A stretch of DNA of 64,000 bases from Ignisphaera sp. Its GTDB lineage: Archaea; Thermoproteota; Thermoprotei_A; Sulfolobales; Ignisphaeraceae. The translations under genes were made by a program, and so were the position numbers. Position 1 is the first letter of the stretch, and each line of letters starts with the position of its first letter. The notes below the pieces were generated by a model. It was not told where the DNA came from and ran no database searches. It saw only the letters and a list, made by a program, of their open reading frames with translations. The stretch covers positions 26,182-90,181 of the forward strand of contig JAWBDT010000005.1 in assembly GCA_038821645.1 (NCBI GenBank). Direction: 5' to 3'. Shown piece by piece: positions 61,745 through 64,000 of the stretch.

Positions 61745-62855
61745 TGAAGGCTGTATTCAGTTTTATGAGTTCTACCATATGTAGATATGTATTGCTTGTT
61801 GCGAAAACTGTTATTGTTGAGTTTACTGGTCTGCTATATACTGTTGAAGGAAATCTTAATGATGTTTTTGTAACATTATATGGATAGAATTCTATTGAAT
61901 ATATATCGTACATGAGTCTCTTTATGTATATCTTTATACTTCTGGCGTTGATTAGCCATACACCTTTTATGTTTCTTCCAGCTACATCACTATATAGTGT
62001 TGAATGAGTCTCGAAGTATCTACATGTATTGTTTGATATAGCTATATACATGTATCCTCCTTGTGCTCTACCTCTATTCACCATATATACATAGAACCAT
62101 CCTCTAGTTATTTCATCAAAATTTATACATATTTCTAGTTCTGCAATAGTAGAGTACATTGTTATACCGACGGTAGAGTCATCATGATCCATGAGTTTCG
62201 ATAAATCAAGAATTGTGTAGTTATATAGTGTGATAGCTATGTAGTTTTTGTTCTCTATATCTGGTGCATCATCTAGATATATAGAGAACTTATTGAGAAT
62301 TTCTTCAGAATCTGTAACTATTGTGGTATATCCTTCAGATGTAGTGTATATGTGGAAATATGTTTCAGGTGCTACAACTCTTTTCACTCTATAAGGTACA
62401 TGGTTTACAGTACTGAAGCCTAGATATGTTGGTGGAATTCTTTCAAAATACATAAAGTCTCTATATGAATCGCTATCTGATGCTCTATGGCTACAGAACG
62501 TGTTACCGTTTCTAGTCTCTATACAGACCTTCTCTACATCGTTAACATCTAGAGCAATAGCTATCTCTCCTCCACCAGCTAGAGATACATCAGTATCTCT
62601 AATGATTATAGTTCTATTCACAAGCTCTATATACATGAGATCAAGATAGCTTTTCTTAATCCCTCTATTCACTATACGTATCGAGGAACTCTCTAGATAG
62701 ATGTCTAGAACTTCTCTAGTCTTCTCTATATTGTTAACAGCTTCTCTAGCAACACTACCTATAGTATACATCCATTCAGTAGATAGATACGTAATCAAAA
62801 TGGTTAAGAGGATCAAGAGAGTTGCTCCTATATACTCACTTTGACCACGGTTCAT
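61737..62855 (-). CDS. Type IV pilin-like protein with class III signal peptide (large, adhesin-like)
   Basis: MNRG|QSEYIGATLLILLTILI cleavage motif plus hydrophobic helix; IVNRG and VCIETRNGNTF pilin-like core; several N-x-S/T sequons. Confidence 0.75.
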   Translation of the reverse strand: MNRGQSEYIGATLLILLTILITYLSTEWMYTIGSVAREAVNNIEKTREVLDIYLESSSIRIVNRGIKKSYLDLMYIELVNRTIIIRDTDVSLAGGGEIAIALDVNDVEKVCIETRNGNTFCSHRASDSDSYRDFMYFERIPPTYLGFSTVNHVPYRVKRVVAPETYFHIYTTSEGYTTIVTDSEEILNKFSIYLDDAPDIENKNYIAITLYNYTILDLSKLMDHDDSTVGITMYSTIAELEICINFDEITRGWFYVYMVNRGRAQGGYMYIAISNNTCRYFETHSTLYSDVAGRNIKGVWLINARSIKIYIKRLMYDIYSIEFYPYNVTKTSLRFPSTVYSRPVNSTITVFATSNTYLHMVELIKLNTAFIR

Positions 62856-63255
62856 AGACCTTCACCTCAAAAACAACAAAAACATTGTTGCTAGAGCTAT
62901 AGATGTAGAGAGGAAGTTTATCTAGAAAAACAATACATTTATCATCGATATAGAGATGATCTACATATTCATCAAATACTATAGTTAGGTTAATCGGTCT
63001 ATAGAATCTAAATACACAGAAATACTTTGGTGAATCACTATACCTACATACCTCAACATCATCTACTACAACTCTATAGTTAGACAAATTATAGCATACA
63101 GCATGTTCATGAACATGAATAGCTCTAGGTTTAACTACAGTATATATATCAATAGATTTGATGTATATATGTAGAGCAACAACAGTAGCTAAAGCAATCA
63201 TTACAGCTAGTGCCACAAAGCTAGAGATACCTCTACAAAACACAGACAACCCCAA
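62836..63255 (-). CDS. Small type IV pilin-like protein with class III signal peptide
   Basis: CRG|ISSFVALAVMIALATVVAL; overlaps the downstream pilin-like gene. Confidence 0.65.
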   Translation of the reverse strand: MGLSVFCRGISSFVALAVMIALATVVALHIYIKSIDIYTVVKPRAIHVHEHAVCYNLSNYRVVVDDVEVCRYSDSPKYFCVFRFYRPINLTIVFDEYVDHLYIDDKCIVFLDKLPLYIYSSSNNVFVVFEVKVYEPWSK

Positions 63256-63292
63256 ACAAAAACATAGCTAAAAAAGAGAGAAACACATATAG

Positions 63293-63362
63293 ATACATAT
63301 GTACACAAATATACACAGATATATACACATGTTTATACATATGTAGACAAATACCTTAAATA
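63293..63362. promoter_or_regulatory. Two 19-nt direct repeats containing palindrome TACATATGTA, 42 bp apart, next to a TATA-like CTTAAATA in a divergent promoter
   Basis: ATACATATGTACACAAATA (63293-63311) and ATACATATGTAGACAAATA (63335-63353). Confidence 0.45.
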
Positions 63363-63406
63363 GGGATGCCAACACAGTATACACCCAGAATGGGTGAACA
63401 TAACTC

Positions 63407-64000
63407 ATGTCGAAACCAAGATACATATCCACATACCTAATACTATCACTACTCACGATATCAGTAATAGCCCCAATAATATCAATACTATACACACAAC
63501 AACAAACAATAGTAGTAGCACAAATAATAGGGGTGGATCCACCAGAATATAGTGTATCCAGGAGAAACAGCTAAAGTAAAGGTAGCAGTATTCTTCGGAG
63601 GTATAACAATAACAGTAAGACTAACCAGTGGAGAAACGGGACAGGTATGGTCTGAAAGATCGTTACACGCATTATCGCCAGGAGAATATGAAGTACTAGT
63701 ACCACTACCAGAAAAACTACCCGGTGCAACAGATGACACTGCTCCATCTGGGCTTGTGGATCTATTTGTAGAAGTATGGGCAATAGGTCAGAGACAAGAT
63801 TATAAAATCATTTCTGTTGGTCCAAAGATAGTGGTTACACCACCTGTTTCAACAATAGTAGATCCCTATGGCAATCCAAGTAGTGTGACTGTAAACTTCT
63901 ATGGATTTGTACCAGGAACCACTATAAGTGATCTAATATTCATCAACAAAGTATCGCAAGAATCTTATATTTACAATATTACAAATATTACAGGTGTTAT
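63407..64000 (+). pseudogene. Secreted beta-rich surface/S-layer-like protein with +1 frameshift after the signal peptide; runs off the right edge
   Basis: ATG 63407 (GGTGA RBS) gives signal peptide MSKPRYISTYLILSLLTISVIAPII...VVAQIIGVDPP, stopping at 63574; the +1 frame from 63531 stays open to 64000 (NIVYPGETAKVKV...PKIVVTP...NITNIT). Confidence 0.6.

Noticed and set aside
63268-63783. Minus-strand ORFs 63268-63495, 63488-63739 and 63571-63783
   Set aside because: Shadows of the low-complexity promoter tract and the plus-strand surface-protein gene.
1-64000. CRISPR array, rRNA, intact IS or provirus
   Set aside because: No regularly spaced repeat-spacer units, rRNA-length GC islands, transposase, integrase or viral hallmark genes were seen.

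Overview
A mostly core-genome segment of an AT-rich crenarchaeon. Gene content (Rpo8, Rpo13, two PCNA paralogues, Ced genes, PBP2, structural splicing-endonuclease subunit) points to Desulfurococcales, probably Ignisphaera-like; this taxonomy is inference. Housekeeping clusters include PINA-TPI-FBPA/P-ABCE1-Cgi121-Urm1-S17e / thermosome-HerA-like-Rpo8-SmAP-TgtA, PCNA-PriS-GINS-L44e-S27e-aIF2a-Nop10, AspS-TruD-Pth2-HisS-EndA-beta-MtnA-GGGPS-Sec61beta-RNase P RNA-TiaS, and FEN-1-L40e-DHS-TopoVI. There are four tRNAs (two with introns) and at least four box C/D sRNA candidates. An Lhr-cedA1-cedA-(cedA2) DNA-import locus has no adjacent cedB. At the right end, two type IV pilin-like genes sit divergent from a frameshifted surface-protein gene. 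The most unusual signals are: (i) three conserved genes missed or truncated by the ORF track that appear to start at ATA behind a normally spaced Shine-Dalgarno with an in-frame stop just upstream; (ii) a 24-aa Glu/Trp peptide ORF with its own promoter and RBS directly upstream of ABCE1; (iii) a Urm1/SAMP with residues after the diglycine; (iv) C/D guides that deviate from conserved 23S sequences only by G>A or C>T changes. No CRISPR array, intact transposase or integrase was seen. All family assignments come from motif recognition, not database searches.
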